NCBI GenBank assembly: GCA_965218095.1
Contig: OZ244587.1
Span: 2,752,001 to 2,816,000 of the forward strand
Reading direction: 5' to 3'
Source: Candidatus Poribacteria bacterium
GTDB taxonomy: Bacteria > Poribacteria > WGA-4E > PCPOR2b
Length of the DNA stretch: 64,000 nt
Of this stretch, positions 28,410 through 38,792 are shown in pieces. Position 1 is the stretch's first letter, and every line of letters begins with the position of its first letter. The position numbers and the translations under genes were made by a program. Below the pieces are notes generated by a model that made no database searches, was not told where the DNA came from, and saw only the letters and a list, made by a program, of their open reading frames with translations.

Positions 28410-30274
28410 ATGTTCCGTTTCCGCACCGTTTCACGCTTACTCGTTTGTTTATTTGTTCTGTTGTGCGGTGTTGCCACCGCACAAATCGTCGAAATTCCCG
28501 ACCCCAATCTCGCGGCTGCGATACGAGAAAATCTTGGCTTAAACCCAAACGAACCAATACAGCAAGAAGATTTATTACATCTCACCAGTCTTGAAGCAAC
28601 AGGCAGAGGCATCAAAGACCTCACAGGTCTCGAGTATATGACGAATCTTAGAGGATTTAATCTCTACAGAAACGAAATCATTGACATAAGTCCACTTGCG
28701 GGTCTAACCAAACTCACATAGTTTAATCTCTTGAGCAACCAGATAGTTGACCTAACTCCTCTCCGTAAACTCGTAAGACTAAGAACCATCATATTCAGCA
28801 GCAACCGAATTAAAGATGTTCATCCACTCGCATCTCTCACAAATCTAGTTTATCTAAATCTAAATGATAACCAGATTACAGATTTCACACCACTTGCCAA
28901 TTTAGTAAGCCTTGAAAGACTTAGAATCAGGGACAATCCCAGCATCGATATCAGTTTTGCCAGTGGTCTAAACCTAATCGAGTTCACTTATGACGAAATC
29001 TGTGACCTGCCGAGACTTCCAATTCAAGACCGCATAGATAATCGAAGTTTCCCATCCATCTTTCAAGCATGGACTGGACTGATAGATGATTCATTAACAG
29101 AAGATGATCGCATAGCATTACACGATATCTATTGGGGACCAGATTTTAGGCTCGATTGGCGAGAAACCCCTCAAGGTATCCAACTGATCGGAGACCTAAA
29201 AAGAGCCAAAGCGAGCCGTGATCTATTACTTGCCAAAAACCCCAACATGCTAATTATCACTCACATTTTTTATAGAGATGCCTTCCAAGATAATTTCTAC
29301 CACGAAAACTTTCCATACTGGATTAGAGACGCAGCCGGTAACCGTGCCCCTGGCTGGGGCACAGCATTTCTCCTGGATTTCACACACCCCGGCATGCAAG
29401 ATATAATTGTTCAACAAGCCGTTGCACTCTCAAAATGTGGATTGTTTGATGGTATTCTTTTCGATTGGTGGACCGAGACTGGGACTGTCCTCAAAGGATA
29501 CCGATCACTTGAGGCAGAACAACGAGCCAGAGATGCTATTATTCAAACTGTCCGCGCTGCGGTTGGCCCTGATTTTTTAATCATAGCCAACACCAATGAC
29601 AGCCAGTTTCCACGCACTGTACCTTATATCAATGGCAGTTTTATGGAAACCCATCCAGATCTAAGGAGTGGTTACCCCCCGATGAACTCATGAGGATTGA
29701 AAGCACCCTCCTTTGGTCTGAGGAAAATAGCAGAGAGCCACAGATCAATTGTTTAGAAGGCTGGGGCTATCCAGATGAAGCGCCCAACAGCCCAAAACAC
29801 CGTAGATGGATGCGCGTATTCACCACCCTGACCCTCACCCATTCCGATGGCTACGTCCTTTACGCGGTCGGAATCTCCCACTCGCATATCTGGTACAAGT
29901 TTTGGGAAGCCGACCTCGGACGCCCCATTGGACCAAAGGGACAACGCTATCAAGACCGCGAGGGACTCTTTATCCGAGAGTTCACCAACGGCTGGGCTGT
30001 TTACAACCGCAGCGGCGAAGCCCAAGATATTTCATTTTCAGCACACACAACGGGGGTTAATAGCGGTAACACCGGCACCACCCACCAGCTCCCCGACCTT
30101 GACGGCGAAATCTACCTCAAGGCGAAAAACCCCGCTGATGTCAATAATGACGGCATAATCAACATCCTTGATTTAGTCATCGTTGCCAACCAGTTCGGAA
30201 CTCCCAACGGGGATGTCAACGGCGACGGGAAAACCAATATTTTAGATTTGGTGATGGTTAGCCGCCAGTTTTAG
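28410..30274 (+). pseudogene. Secreted leucine-rich-repeat + TIM-barrel glycoside-hydrolase-like + dockerin protein, disrupted
   Basis: Signal peptide, IPDPNL..AIR cap, internalin-type LRRs, FDGILFDWW domain, DVNNDG.INILDL x2; in-frame TAG 28719-28721 and frameshift near 29680. Confidence 0.85.
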
Positions 30275-30743
30275 TTTTCCGCTTCCATCGCGCCTTCTGG
30301 GATTCAGATAGCTTCCGTCGGTGTTCTTCCGAATGCTTTCTGCCCTTGTTTGCTTCAGACATCTTCCGTCGGAATTCTTCTGAACGACCTCTCTCCTTGA
30401 ATTTCTGTCGAGTTTCTTCTGAATGCCTTTTGCCATAAAAAGGATTCTTCTCACCCCTGAGTGCATTGCCACCCGTTGTTAAATTATACCCATTCGGGTA
30501 TAGCGTCTTATATTTCTCAATCGTTTCAATCTCAAACGAATCAAGAAACGCGGGAAGGATGCCATCATGAAATATTTCCCAATTAAAGGCGTCCCGTCCA
30601 TACTTCGCAAGGGCATTCCTTAAATATCGATTGCCATACCCACCCAGGTGATTCTTAATCCGCGTTTTCTCAGCATCATAAACAGACTGACCAATATAAG
30701 CCTTGCCATTGACAGAATTGGTGATTTTATATATGCAACCCAT
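30258..30743 (-). CDS. GIY-YIG endonuclease with NUMOD3 repeats (homing endonuclease-like)
   Basis: GCIYKITNSVNGKAYIGQS, E, GYN; NPFYGKRHSEETRQK, KGRKHSEEHRRKLSE. Confidence 0.9.
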   Translation of the reverse strand: MGCIYKITNSVNGKAYIGQSVYDAEKTRIKNHLGGYGNRYLRNALAKYGRDAFNWEIFHDGILPAFLDSFEIETIEKYKTLYPNGYNLTTGGNALRGEKNPFYGKRHSEETRQKFKERGRSEEFRRKMSEANKGRKHSEEHRRKLSESQKARWKRKTKTGG

Positions 30744-31071
30744 AGTAGTAAACTCCCAGACTATGGGTATGAGATGTGTATAATATGGGATTCTATTTCA
30801 CTGTCTCATACCCGTTCGGTAGGTGTGGGGGACACTGGCAGGGATGCCAGCGTTAAGCTCTCCCGCGAAACAGATACCCCAATTATACCACACTTCTCAC
30901 ATACGACTTCTTCAAATTTTGTCCTGTCACGCAAGTGGTCTGGCTTCCCCAGCAGATTTAGCTCTTCTATCCGATCATCATCAACTGGATTAAAAAGAGC
31001 GCACCGAGCGGGTTTTTTTCATAAACCTCCTCACGGAATTTCTGCAAAAACATGACGAGTTTATAGTAATT

Positions 31072-32180
31072 GAGGGGTGTGCATAGTAGTTCATTGGAAA
31101 ACAGCCGCCATATGAGAGATATTGCGAGCAGGTAACTTCCATATGGCATTGGCAATCATAGCCACTTGCACTGATAACACCCCGATAGCTAAACAACAGC
31201 GTACATTGAAAAACCCCTTGACCGGTAACTGCTTCTGTTGAGGAGTGGTGCCTATCACTTTAGCAATCAAGTCAAACAACGGTTCAACCGAACTGCGACG
31301 TTTGCTTAAACAGAGACGCTGCTTGGGTTGGTTGATAAATCGATGATACGCCTTGGCAAACCGTCCCTTTGTCCATCTAAGTGCCGGGGTAATCAAAGCG
31401 ACTTGTGCCTTCGCCCAACGACGGATACGGTCTGCTTGGGTATAGGCATCATCGGCAGTGAGTGTCTGCGGTGAAAGTTGTGTCAGAATCTCAGACGCTT
31501 TAGCATCTATCGCCCAACTTTCGGAGACCGACGCACGGTGCACAGTTATCAGTGTTGGGAACGCACCTTGTGTGCAGATAATGTGAAGTCCGTAGCCATA
31601 GACCCAGCCATGATAACCACTCTTGCTCCACGTGGCATCGGTGTCGAGGTTGCGTAGATGTTTAGGTACTTTTCCTGCTTTGCGGTCAGTTTGATGCCAG
31701 ACGGGTCCTCGTGCCTTAAATAAACTTTTGTCGGCTACCAGATGAGCCAAGTTGAATTGTTGGGACAAGTCAGTGGCATACTGACCGATAAACAATACAA
31801 ATGCCTCTATCACTTCATATAATGCCTTATAGCGACGTGCAATCGTGGTTCGATGAGGGGGCTGTTGCCACCCCAGCATTTGTAACACTTCTGGGTGATT
31901 GATTAGCCACCGCCATTGCGTTTTGAAGCCATAGATGCCGTGAAACTGCATCAACATGAAGAAAATGATAAACGAGGTGGTTGAATATGTCAATGGTTTT
32001 GCGTGTGTGACACCTGGTTTGTCAATACGGTGTTGCATAAACTGCTCAAAGAGTTGCATAATAAGAGTGACATAATCAGCCAACATTGGTCTTTGTACCA
32101 TATTGGGGCTCCTTTTGCTATGATAACAATAGGAAACCCTTTTGGCTTGATTATGTCAACTATATTTATGCACACCCCTC
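31072..32180 (-). mobile_element. Insertion sequence, 1109 bp, DDE transposase (IS982/IS5-like; family uncertain), copy 1
   Basis: TIR GAGGGGTGTGCATA; 9-bp target duplication ATAGTAATT; interrupts a small ORF. Confidence 0.93.
31091..32101 (-). CDS. DDE transposase
   Basis: VADKS, GWVYGYGLH, TADDAY, RRSSVEPLF. Confidence 0.92.
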   Translation of the reverse strand: MVQRPMLADYVTLIMQLFEQFMQHRIDKPGVTHAKPLTYSTTSFIIFFMLMQFHGIYGFKTQWRWLINHPEVLQMLGWQQPPHRTTIARRYKALYEVIEAFVLFIGQYATDLSQQFNLAHLVADKSLFKARGPVWHQTDRKAGKVPKHLRNLDTDATWSKSGYHGWVYGYGLHIICTQGAFPTLITVHRASVSESWAIDAKASEILTQLSPQTLTADDAYTQADRIRRWAKAQVALITPALRWTKGRFAKAYHRFINQPKQRLCLSKRRSSVEPLFDLIAKVIGTTPQQKQLPVKGFFNVRCCLAIGVLSVQVAMIANAIWKLPARNISHMAAVFQ

Positions 32181-32244
32181 ATAGTAATTGTAGATTATTG
32201 GATCAATGTTTCGTGTCTGGCATCTATTTTCCTTTAAACTCATG

Positions 32245-32400
32245 CTACATTGCAGGCGTCAAGCGAACCGCCAGTCTGGACGATGAGCAGGTCGCCTTCA
32301 ACAGTCCGCGCGGCCGCGATGCCCCATATTGGCATCTGGATATTATATTCGGTGTTAAGGTCTGTTTTCTTGAGATCTTCCACCGGCTCCCCTCGTACGT
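32245..32400 (-). pseudogene. PQQ-like beta-propeller protein fragment
   Basis: Manual translation DLNTEYNIQMPIWGIAAA..VEGDLLIVQTGGS.DAC.VA. Confidence 0.55.
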
Positions 32401-32440
32401 ACCTCGCTGAGTCAAGTGTACAGCGGATTCGAGCGTTAAG

Positions 32441-33241
32441 TCAGTGCCAGCCTTTTTTTACATTGTATTCCACCGCCGCCGGGAAGTTTTCCTCCAGATG
32501 AGCAAGAACCATCTCAATCGGACATTCACACCCCCGGCTGGGAAACCGAAACTCCCCTGTCTCCCGGAGCCGCACGCCATTCCGGGTGTGGAAATCCCCG
32601 CGTCGGTCTGTAAACTGCCCCCAGTACCCCATAGTATACCGAACCTCCGTCCTCGGCTCTGTGCTTTGCTTCCAGCGTTCCGGGAAGAGCGCCTGAAACG
32701 GCGGCACGGAATTCAGCCAACTCATACAGCGGACGACTTCGATATCGGGTCGCCTCACCTGTGAGTCGCGCAACAGGCGGATCAGAGAGGCGGCAAAGGG
32801 GAGGTGCATATCGCTCAATGGAGACCGGGACTGGTAGATGTTGAGAATGTGGATGTTGAGCTGATCGGCCCTGTAGTCGTAACTCCAGCACTCGTAGGGA
32901 CGGGCTTCCGGTGGGGGCATCGGGTCATGGCGCTTCTTCAGGTGAGGCCACAACAGATCCAGCCCTACCGCCTCAAGCTGCGCTGTAGAAGGGTCGTCGA
33001 TATGACGGTCGAAAATCGACCGGAGCCGCTCTAGGATGCCAGCCCACTCCGGCCCGACATCCTCGCGGGACGGATGGCGTTCCCCGTCGTACAGCGATGT
33101 ATTCCGGTAAATATTCACCCGTCCGTTCACCAGCTCTTCAAAGTCGCTGTCTCCTTCACGAAGGCGTTTATGGACATACCAGAGGCTGAGTTTGGTGAAT
33201 TCTCTCACATAGTTGATATGTGCGGGATCACTTTGCGGCAT
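32441..33241 (-). CDS. Hypothetical protein
   Basis: 266-aa ORF with RBS AGAGG; no family recognised. Confidence 0.75.
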   Translation of the reverse strand: MPQSDPAHINYVREFTKLSLWYVHKRLREGDSDFEELVNGRVNIYRNTSLYDGERHPSREDVGPEWAGILERLRSIFDRHIDDPSTAQLEAVGLDLLWPHLKKRHDPMPPPEARPYECWSYDYRADQLNIHILNIYQSRSPLSDMHLPFAASLIRLLRDSQVRRPDIEVVRCMSWLNSVPPFQALFPERWKQSTEPRTEVRYTMGYWGQFTDRRGDFHTRNGVRLRETGEFRFPSRGCECPIEMVLAHLEENFPAAVEYNVKKGWH

Positions 33242-33291
33242 AGACTTTCCTCTCTTTGCTTATACCAATCAAACACGGCATGGCCATTTTC

Positions 33292-33445
33292 TGTACTATC
33301 ACTAAATCTTTGAGAAACCGTATCGGAACTGGAAATTAAACTCGCAACAGTTCATCAGTTCATTGAACTCTTAAACTCAAGTCCCGTGTCGTGTTCTCAA
33401 TACACCAGCGGGAACAGATTTTCTCACGCGTTGAGTGATGGCACA
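33292..33445. repeat. MITE-like dispersed repeat, family A, most complete copy
   Basis: TIRs TGTACTATCACTAAA / TTGAGTGATGGCACA. Confidence 0.75.
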
Positions 33446-33471
33446 AAAGTATACCGTATATCAAAAGCGCG

Positions 33472-34881
33472 TTACGACTTTGAGGTTCCTCTAATTTCCC
33501 ACAATGTCTTGAGAAGAATCTTGATGTCAAAACCGATTGACCAGTTTTCGATGTAGTGCAAATCATAACGGATGCGCTCCTCCAGCGAGGTGTTACCACG
33601 CAATCCATTGACCTGCGCCCAGCCTGTCAGCCCACATTTGACACGATGCCGATCCAGGTAATGTGGAATGGATTTGCTAAAATCATTAATCAACCCTGAC
33701 ATTTCTGGACGTGGGCCCACGAGGCTCATATCCCCTTTGAGGACGTTGAAGAATTGGGGGAGTTCATCTAAACCCCATCGTCTCAGAAATCCCCCGAGCC
33801 GCGTCTGTCGTGGATCGTCCGTCGCAGCCCAGGTGTGGCCAACGCCTGCCTCCGCATCTTCCTGCATTGATCTGAACTTATAGATATAAAAAGGTTTACC
33901 ATCCCTGCCGATCCGTTCCTGTCGAAAAATAACTTTCCCCGGTGAGGTGAACTTCACAGCGATGGCAATTGCTAGCATCAATGGGCTCGAAATGATCAGC
34001 GCAAGACCACTCAACAGGAGGTCCATTCCTCGTTTAATGAGTCCACGCCAGCCCTGAAGCGGCAATTCCTTCAGCTTGACCACCGGAATGCCATCAAACT
34101 CCGTCACTCGCGTTTGGCCAATCATCACTTCATAGAGATCCGGAAGCACATGGATCTGAATGGACAGTCCTTCGCAAGCACCCACAATTCGTAGGATCTC
34201 TGCATGGGAAATCGCCGGTGAGGTGATGAACAACTCATTGATCTGATACTTTTGGACGAGGCTCCGGACGCCTGTGAAATCACCAAGAACGTGATGCGGA
34301 ATCGGCTGCGACGGTGGCTGTTCACCGAGTATGACGCCAATAAATTTATATCCGTTGTCTGCCTTCTCCTGGATTACATGAATAAATTGCTGCGTTGTTG
34401 TGTTGAAGCCAACAACAGCAACGTGACTGATGCCAACACCGTACTGCTGGACTGCTGCCTTGAAACGCTGGATTGCAAACCGATCAATGAAGAGGAGAAC
34501 AACACTTATCGCACAGGACAAGGGCATCACCCAACGCGAATATGGGTGTTTGTGGTAGAAAAAGAAGATTGCGCCGAGTGTGGCGATTAATGCGATGAAC
34601 CCCGCTTTTGATAGATTTAAGGCGGTTTCAAGCGTCACATTATTCTCAATACGGTAGAGACCAACCCCGCGAAGTGTTAGCATCCAGATGAACCCCATCA
34701 ACGGGATAACCTGGAAGTAGTAAGCCATCGGCGGGGGCGCTCCCTTATGGATTGCGACTACCTGTAGCCACCCTGATTCAAATCTGAACCAATAAGCGAC
34801 AAGAACCGATGCGCCGATGAAACAGGCATCGAAGAAAACAGTTAGGACGATGAGAAGCTGATCAAGGGTTTTGTTTGACAT
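33472..34881 (-). CDS. Undecaprenyl-phosphate glucose phosphotransferase (WcaJ-like sugar transferase)
   Basis: N-terminal TM helices; KFRSM, DELPQFFNVLKGDMSLVGPRPE, GLTGWAQVNG, DL.YIENWS. Confidence 0.93.
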   Translation of the reverse strand: MSNKTLDQLLIVLTVFFDACFIGASVLVAYWFRFESGWLQVVAIHKGAPPPMAYYFQVIPLMGFIWMLTLRGVGLYRIENNVTLETALNLSKAGFIALIATLGAIFFFYHKHPYSRWVMPLSCAISVVLLFIDRFAIQRFKAAVQQYGVGISHVAVVGFNTTTQQFIHVIQEKADNGYKFIGVILGEQPPSQPIPHHVLGDFTGVRSLVQKYQINELFITSPAISHAEILRIVGACEGLSIQIHVLPDLYEVMIGQTRVTEFDGIPVVKLKELPLQGWRGLIKRGMDLLLSGLALIISSPLMLAIAIAVKFTSPGKVIFRQERIGRDGKPFYIYKFRSMQEDAEAGVGHTWAATDDPRQTRLGGFLRRWGLDELPQFFNVLKGDMSLVGPRPEMSGLINDFSKSIPHYLDRHRVKCGLTGWAQVNGLRGNTSLEERIRYDLHYIENWSIGFDIKILLKTLWEIRGTSKS

Positions 34882-35209
34882 ATTGCTCTAAATTCTCGAT
34901 TTCATGACTTGTGCTATATATACTGCGGACGGTCACAAATAACGCTTTCGCCGCATGAATCCCTGATAGATCGGGATGCAAAGCGACCTGCCCTCCCGAT
35001 CTATCTAGGGTGCAAAATGGTAGTGGTGTAGTTATGTAGGGTAGGCTATGTCCCGATATTTTGGTCTAATCAACGATGTATTTGAACAATAGAATGACGA
35101 AAAAAGAGCGGATGGGATTAGCCGAAATTTGACCTATGAAATGTGAAACGTGATGCGTAATGCGTATTGCATTCAACGCTATCCCTATTCTTCTATCACA
35201 TTTCCCATT

Positions 35210-35385
35210 TCAGAACTCAACAGTTACCCCCAAATAAGCGATCAGCAGCAATTGGCGGACGACATCCTGTTCGGTATAGTCCTCGTTGTAGTCGAAGGTC
35301 AGCACATTTTTGCGGTTGTACGCATTCAAAAGTTCAAGGAAAACCCCCATCTGCCAGCGATCATAGATAAACGATACTCATCTTG
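35210..35385 (-). pseudogene. C-terminal fragment of a TonB-dependent receptor
   Basis: Manual translation WQMGVFLELLNAYNRKNV...YLGVTVEF*. Confidence 0.65.
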
Positions 35386-35420
35386 AACAAAAACGTACTT
35401 CTATACCAAGAACGGGCATA

Positions 35421-35485
35421 ACTGTCATCCTGAACGAAGTGAAGGATCTCGGTCATAGATTCTTCGCTCTGCTCAGAATGACAGT
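35421..35485. repeat. Palindromic repeat element (TGTCAT...ATGACA type)
   Basis: ACTGTCATCCTGAACGAAGTGAAGGATCT...AGATTCTTCGCTCTGCTCAGAATGACAGT. Confidence 0.75.
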
Positions 35486-35798
35486 CGGAAAGTGTAATCT
35501 ATGACCGTGTGAAGTATAACCGAAGTTGCTGCCTCTAAGCAGATGATACATCGGGGCGACTAGAAACTCGATTTATAGCACAGATTCACAGAATTAACGG
35601 ATTATCTTGATACAGATCAGCTTATTCTGATTATCCGTGCTATATTCCATGATGCAAAATTTTAGCATATCACGCGATTCAACATCCATAACAAAAGGTT
35701 CCGAATCTTTATACACAACCGACTTATAAAGTGGACCCATTGTCGAGGCCAAAATACAGGAAAAATAAGTAAGATATTTGAGATAAACTGACACTGCT

Positions 35799-36548
35799 TT
35801 AGCTCAGATAGACCTCAGCCGGGGTAGCATAATTTAGACTCTGGTGAGGTCGCTGTTGATTATAGAAACGGATATATTGAGTTAATCCATCAAACAGGGC
35901 TTGCCCTGTTTGGTAAAGTTTGTGATAAACATCTTCATACTTGACGCTTCGCCAAAACCGCTCAATGTAAATGTTGTCAATGGCTCTCCCCACGCTGTCC
36001 ATACTCATAGCAATACCATCGGCTTCGACCGTATCGGTGAAAGCATTGGCTGTAAACTGGACACCTTGGTCAGTATTGAAGATGATGGGGGTTGCCCCAG
36101 ATAATGCGTGATGCAAAGCGTCGAGACAGAACTGCCCTGATAGACTATTGGATAACTCCCAAGTGATGACGTAACGACTATACCAGTCGAGTATCGCCAC
36201 CAGATACATAAACCCTTTATCCATCGGGATATAGGTAATGTCAGCCGACCAGACCTCATTGGCAGCGGTCACCTCATAGTCCCGTAATAGGTATGGGTAA
36301 ATCCGATGCTCGCTGTTGATGGCTGAGGGTTTGGGATAAATCGCTTCTATACCCATCAAACGCATCAGTCGCTGGATGCGTTTGCGGTTCACACGGTAGC
36401 CAAGCCGCTTAAGATGTTGTGTCATTCGACGACTCCCATAGAAAGGGGTTTGCAGATAGTGCTCATCTATTTGTCTCATCAGATGCAGATTGTCTGCTGA
36501 CTCTGTAGCCGGTTGACAGTAGAGGGTTGACCGGGAAAAACCGAGCAA
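35799..36548 (-). CDS. IS3-family transposase OrfB (rve integrase core)
   Basis: YGSRRM, WSADITY, NTDQG.QF, DN.YIERFWRSVKYE. Confidence 0.92.
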   Translation of the reverse strand: MLGFSRSTLYCQPATESADNLHLMRQIDEHYLQTPFYGSRRMTQHLKRLGYRVNRKRIQRLMRLMGIEAIYPKPSAINSEHRIYPYLLRDYEVTAANEVWSADITYIPMDKGFMYLVAILDWYSRYVITWELSNSLSGQFCLDALHHALSGATPIIFNTDQGVQFTANAFTDTVEADGIAMSMDSVGRAIDNIYIERFWRSVKYEDVYHKLYQTGQALFDGLTQYIRFYNQQRPHQSLNYATPAEVYLS

Positions 36549-36819
36549 TTCACACTGACGACGGATACTCAGTTTCAGGTGGTCGGGTTCAACGAGTGCC
36601 CGTCTCTGTTCAGCGGCTTGAGGCAGCTTTTTTTTTCAACCAGTCGAGTTCCATATTCAACCGCCCCATTTGCTCATACAGGCTCGACTCCCTGTCATTT
36701 TGCTCACGCTGTCGCTGGGTCGGGTTGGTAGCGAAAATATCGCTACCTTGTTCAAGCAACTGTTTCTTCCATTGGCTGATTTGGCTTGGGTGCAACTGAT
36801 GCTCGCTTGCCAATTGGTT

Positions 36820-37928
36820 GAGGGGTGTGCATAGTAGTTCATTGGAAAACAGCCGCCATATGAGAGATATTGCGAGCAGGTAACTTCCATATGGCATTGG
36901 CAATCATAGCCACTTGCACTGATAACACCCCGATAGCTAAACAACAGCGTACATTGAAAAACCCCTTGACCGGTAACTGCTTCTGTTGAGGAGTGGTGCC
37001 TATCACTTTAGCAATCAAGTCAAACAACGGTTCAACCGAACTGCGACGTTTGCTTAAACAGAGACGCTGCTTGGGTTGGTTGATAAATCGATGATACGCC
37101 TTGGCAAACCGTCCCTTTGTCCATCTAAGTGCCGGGGTAATCAAAGCGACTTGTGCCTTCGCCCAACGACGGATACGGTCTGCTTGGGTATAGGCATCAT
37201 CGGCAGTGAGTGTCTGCGGTGAAAGTTGTGTCAGAATCTCAGACGCTTTAGCATCTATCGCCCAACTTTCGGAGACCGACGCACGGTGCACAGTTATCAG
37301 TGTTGGGAACGCACCTTGTGTGCAGATAATGTGAAGTCCGTAGCCATAGACCCAGCCATGATAACCACTCTTGCTCCACGTGGCATCGGTGTCGAGGTTG
37401 CGTAGATGTTTAGGTACTTTTCCTGCTTTGCGGTCAGTTTGATGCCAGACGGGTCCTCGTGCCTTAAATAAACTTTTGTCGGCTACCAGATGAGCCAAGT
37501 TGAATTGTTGGGACAAGTCAGTGGCATACTGACCGATAAACAATACAAATGCCTCTATCACTTCATATAATGCCTTATAGCGACGTGCAATCGTGGTTCG
37601 ATGAGGGGGCTGTTGCCACCCCAGCATTTGTAACACTTCTGGGTGATTGATTAGCCACCGCCATTGCGTTTTGAAGCCATAGATGCCGTGAAACTGCATC
37701 AACATGAAGAAAATGATAAACGAGGTGGTTGAATATGTCAATGGTTTTGCGTGTGTGACACCTGGTTTGTCAATACGGTGTTGCATAAACTGCTCAAAGA
37801 GTTGCATAATAAGAGTGACATAATCAGCCAACATTGGTCTTTGTACCATATTGGGGCTCCTTTTGCTATGATAACAATAGGAAACCCTTTTGGCTTGATT
37901 ATGTCAACTATATTTATGCACACCCCTC
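36820..37928 (-). mobile_element. Insertion sequence, 1109 bp, copy 2
   Basis: Same TIRs and same 336-aa protein as 31072-32180; 8-bp duplication AATTGGTT. Confidence 0.93.
36839..37849 (-). CDS. DDE transposase, identical to 31091-32101
   Basis: Identical translation in the ORF track. Confidence 0.92.
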   Translation of the reverse strand: MVQRPMLADYVTLIMQLFEQFMQHRIDKPGVTHAKPLTYSTTSFIIFFMLMQFHGIYGFKTQWRWLINHPEVLQMLGWQQPPHRTTIARRYKALYEVIEAFVLFIGQYATDLSQQFNLAHLVADKSLFKARGPVWHQTDRKAGKVPKHLRNLDTDATWSKSGYHGWVYGYGLHIICTQGAFPTLITVHRASVSESWAIDAKASEILTQLSPQTLTADDAYTQADRIRRWAKAQVALITPALRWTKGRFAKAYHRFINQPKQRLCLSKRRSSVEPLFDLIAKVIGTTPQQKQLPVKGFFNVRCCLAIGVLSVQVAMIANAIWKLPARNISHMAAVFQ

Positions 37929-38128
37929 AATTGGTTGATAGTTTTATCGGGCTTGATGGCTTCAACGGCTATTTGAAACTTGAATTTGGCAGTATGCCGA
38001 ATCCGTTTGGTTGACATATTCAGACCTCCATTGGTGGACGGGAGTTAGACGTTATTTCTTACTTAACTCCTGGCCCGAATATTGGGGACCATTATATTAG
38101 GTAACTTTCAAAAAGAAAGTAATGGTTT

Positions 38129-38180
38129 GTAGTGAGGCGATTCATCACTGTCCCAAACGCGCAATGAATTGCGCTACTAC
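38129..38180. repeat. GTAG-type REP-like palindrome within a small MITE (about 38097-38217)
   Basis: GTAGTGAGGCGATTCAT...ATGAATTGCGCTACTAC; outer TTAGGTAACTTTCA / TGAAAATTACTTAA. Confidence 0.7.
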
Positions 38181-38320
38181 AAACGGAATGTATAGTTTAA
38201 TCCTGAAAATTACTTAACATCTTATTGACACCAATTTGACAGTGTGATAACATAGACGATACCAGCGAATAAACTTAAGTCAACCGCCAAGAAGATTGGT
38301 TTTGCAAAAAGGAGTGACCC

Positions 38321-38758
38321 ATGACCCGAAAAATCTTTCCTATCATTCTCCTCTTTTTTATCGTGGATGGATTCATCTCACACCTAGAAGCCCAAGACGA
38401 CGTTCCCACTCACGCCGCCGATGGCGAATACCTCAGGGAATGGCTCGTGCTGGGGCCCTTCTTCCCGGATGATCTAGATAAGGATTTCCTCGCCGGTGTG
38501 GGCGGAGAAGCAAATGTGAATCCGAAAGCAGGCGATACCGTCACCACGGCTGACGGGGCGACCTTGACGTGGAAACGGTACAAGTCTCAATAGGCCTATC
38601 ATCGACTTTAGGTACGTCTTCAAATCGCATAAAGCCATCGTTGACACGACCGATGCTGCTGGGTATCACGGAAAGGCAGTCAGTTATACCTTCTGTGCGC
38701 TACAAAGTGAGGTTGCACGAACGGTTAATAGTCACTTTCAGTACAAACTTGTGTTATA
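38321..38758 (+). pseudogene. N-terminal fragment of a secreted protein
   Basis: RBS AAGGAG, signal peptide, EWLVLGPF..DL..DFL..GGE; frameshift near 38590, then truncation. Confidence 0.65.
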
Positions 38759-38792
38759 ATGCCTGAGAAAGTATATCCAACAAGGAACAAAT

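Larger units (their letters stand above)
35727..38096 (-). mobile_element. IS3-family element with orfA interrupted by a nested IS
   Basis: Imperfect TIRs TAAAGTGGACCC / TATAATGGTCCCC, 3-bp TTA duplication, A9G slippery site at 36627-36636; orfA from about 38017 rejoins across the insert. Confidence 0.9.

Noticed and set aside
31072-37928. Composite transposon carrying the wcaJ-like gene
   Set aside because: Each IS copy has its own separate target duplication, so these are independent insertions
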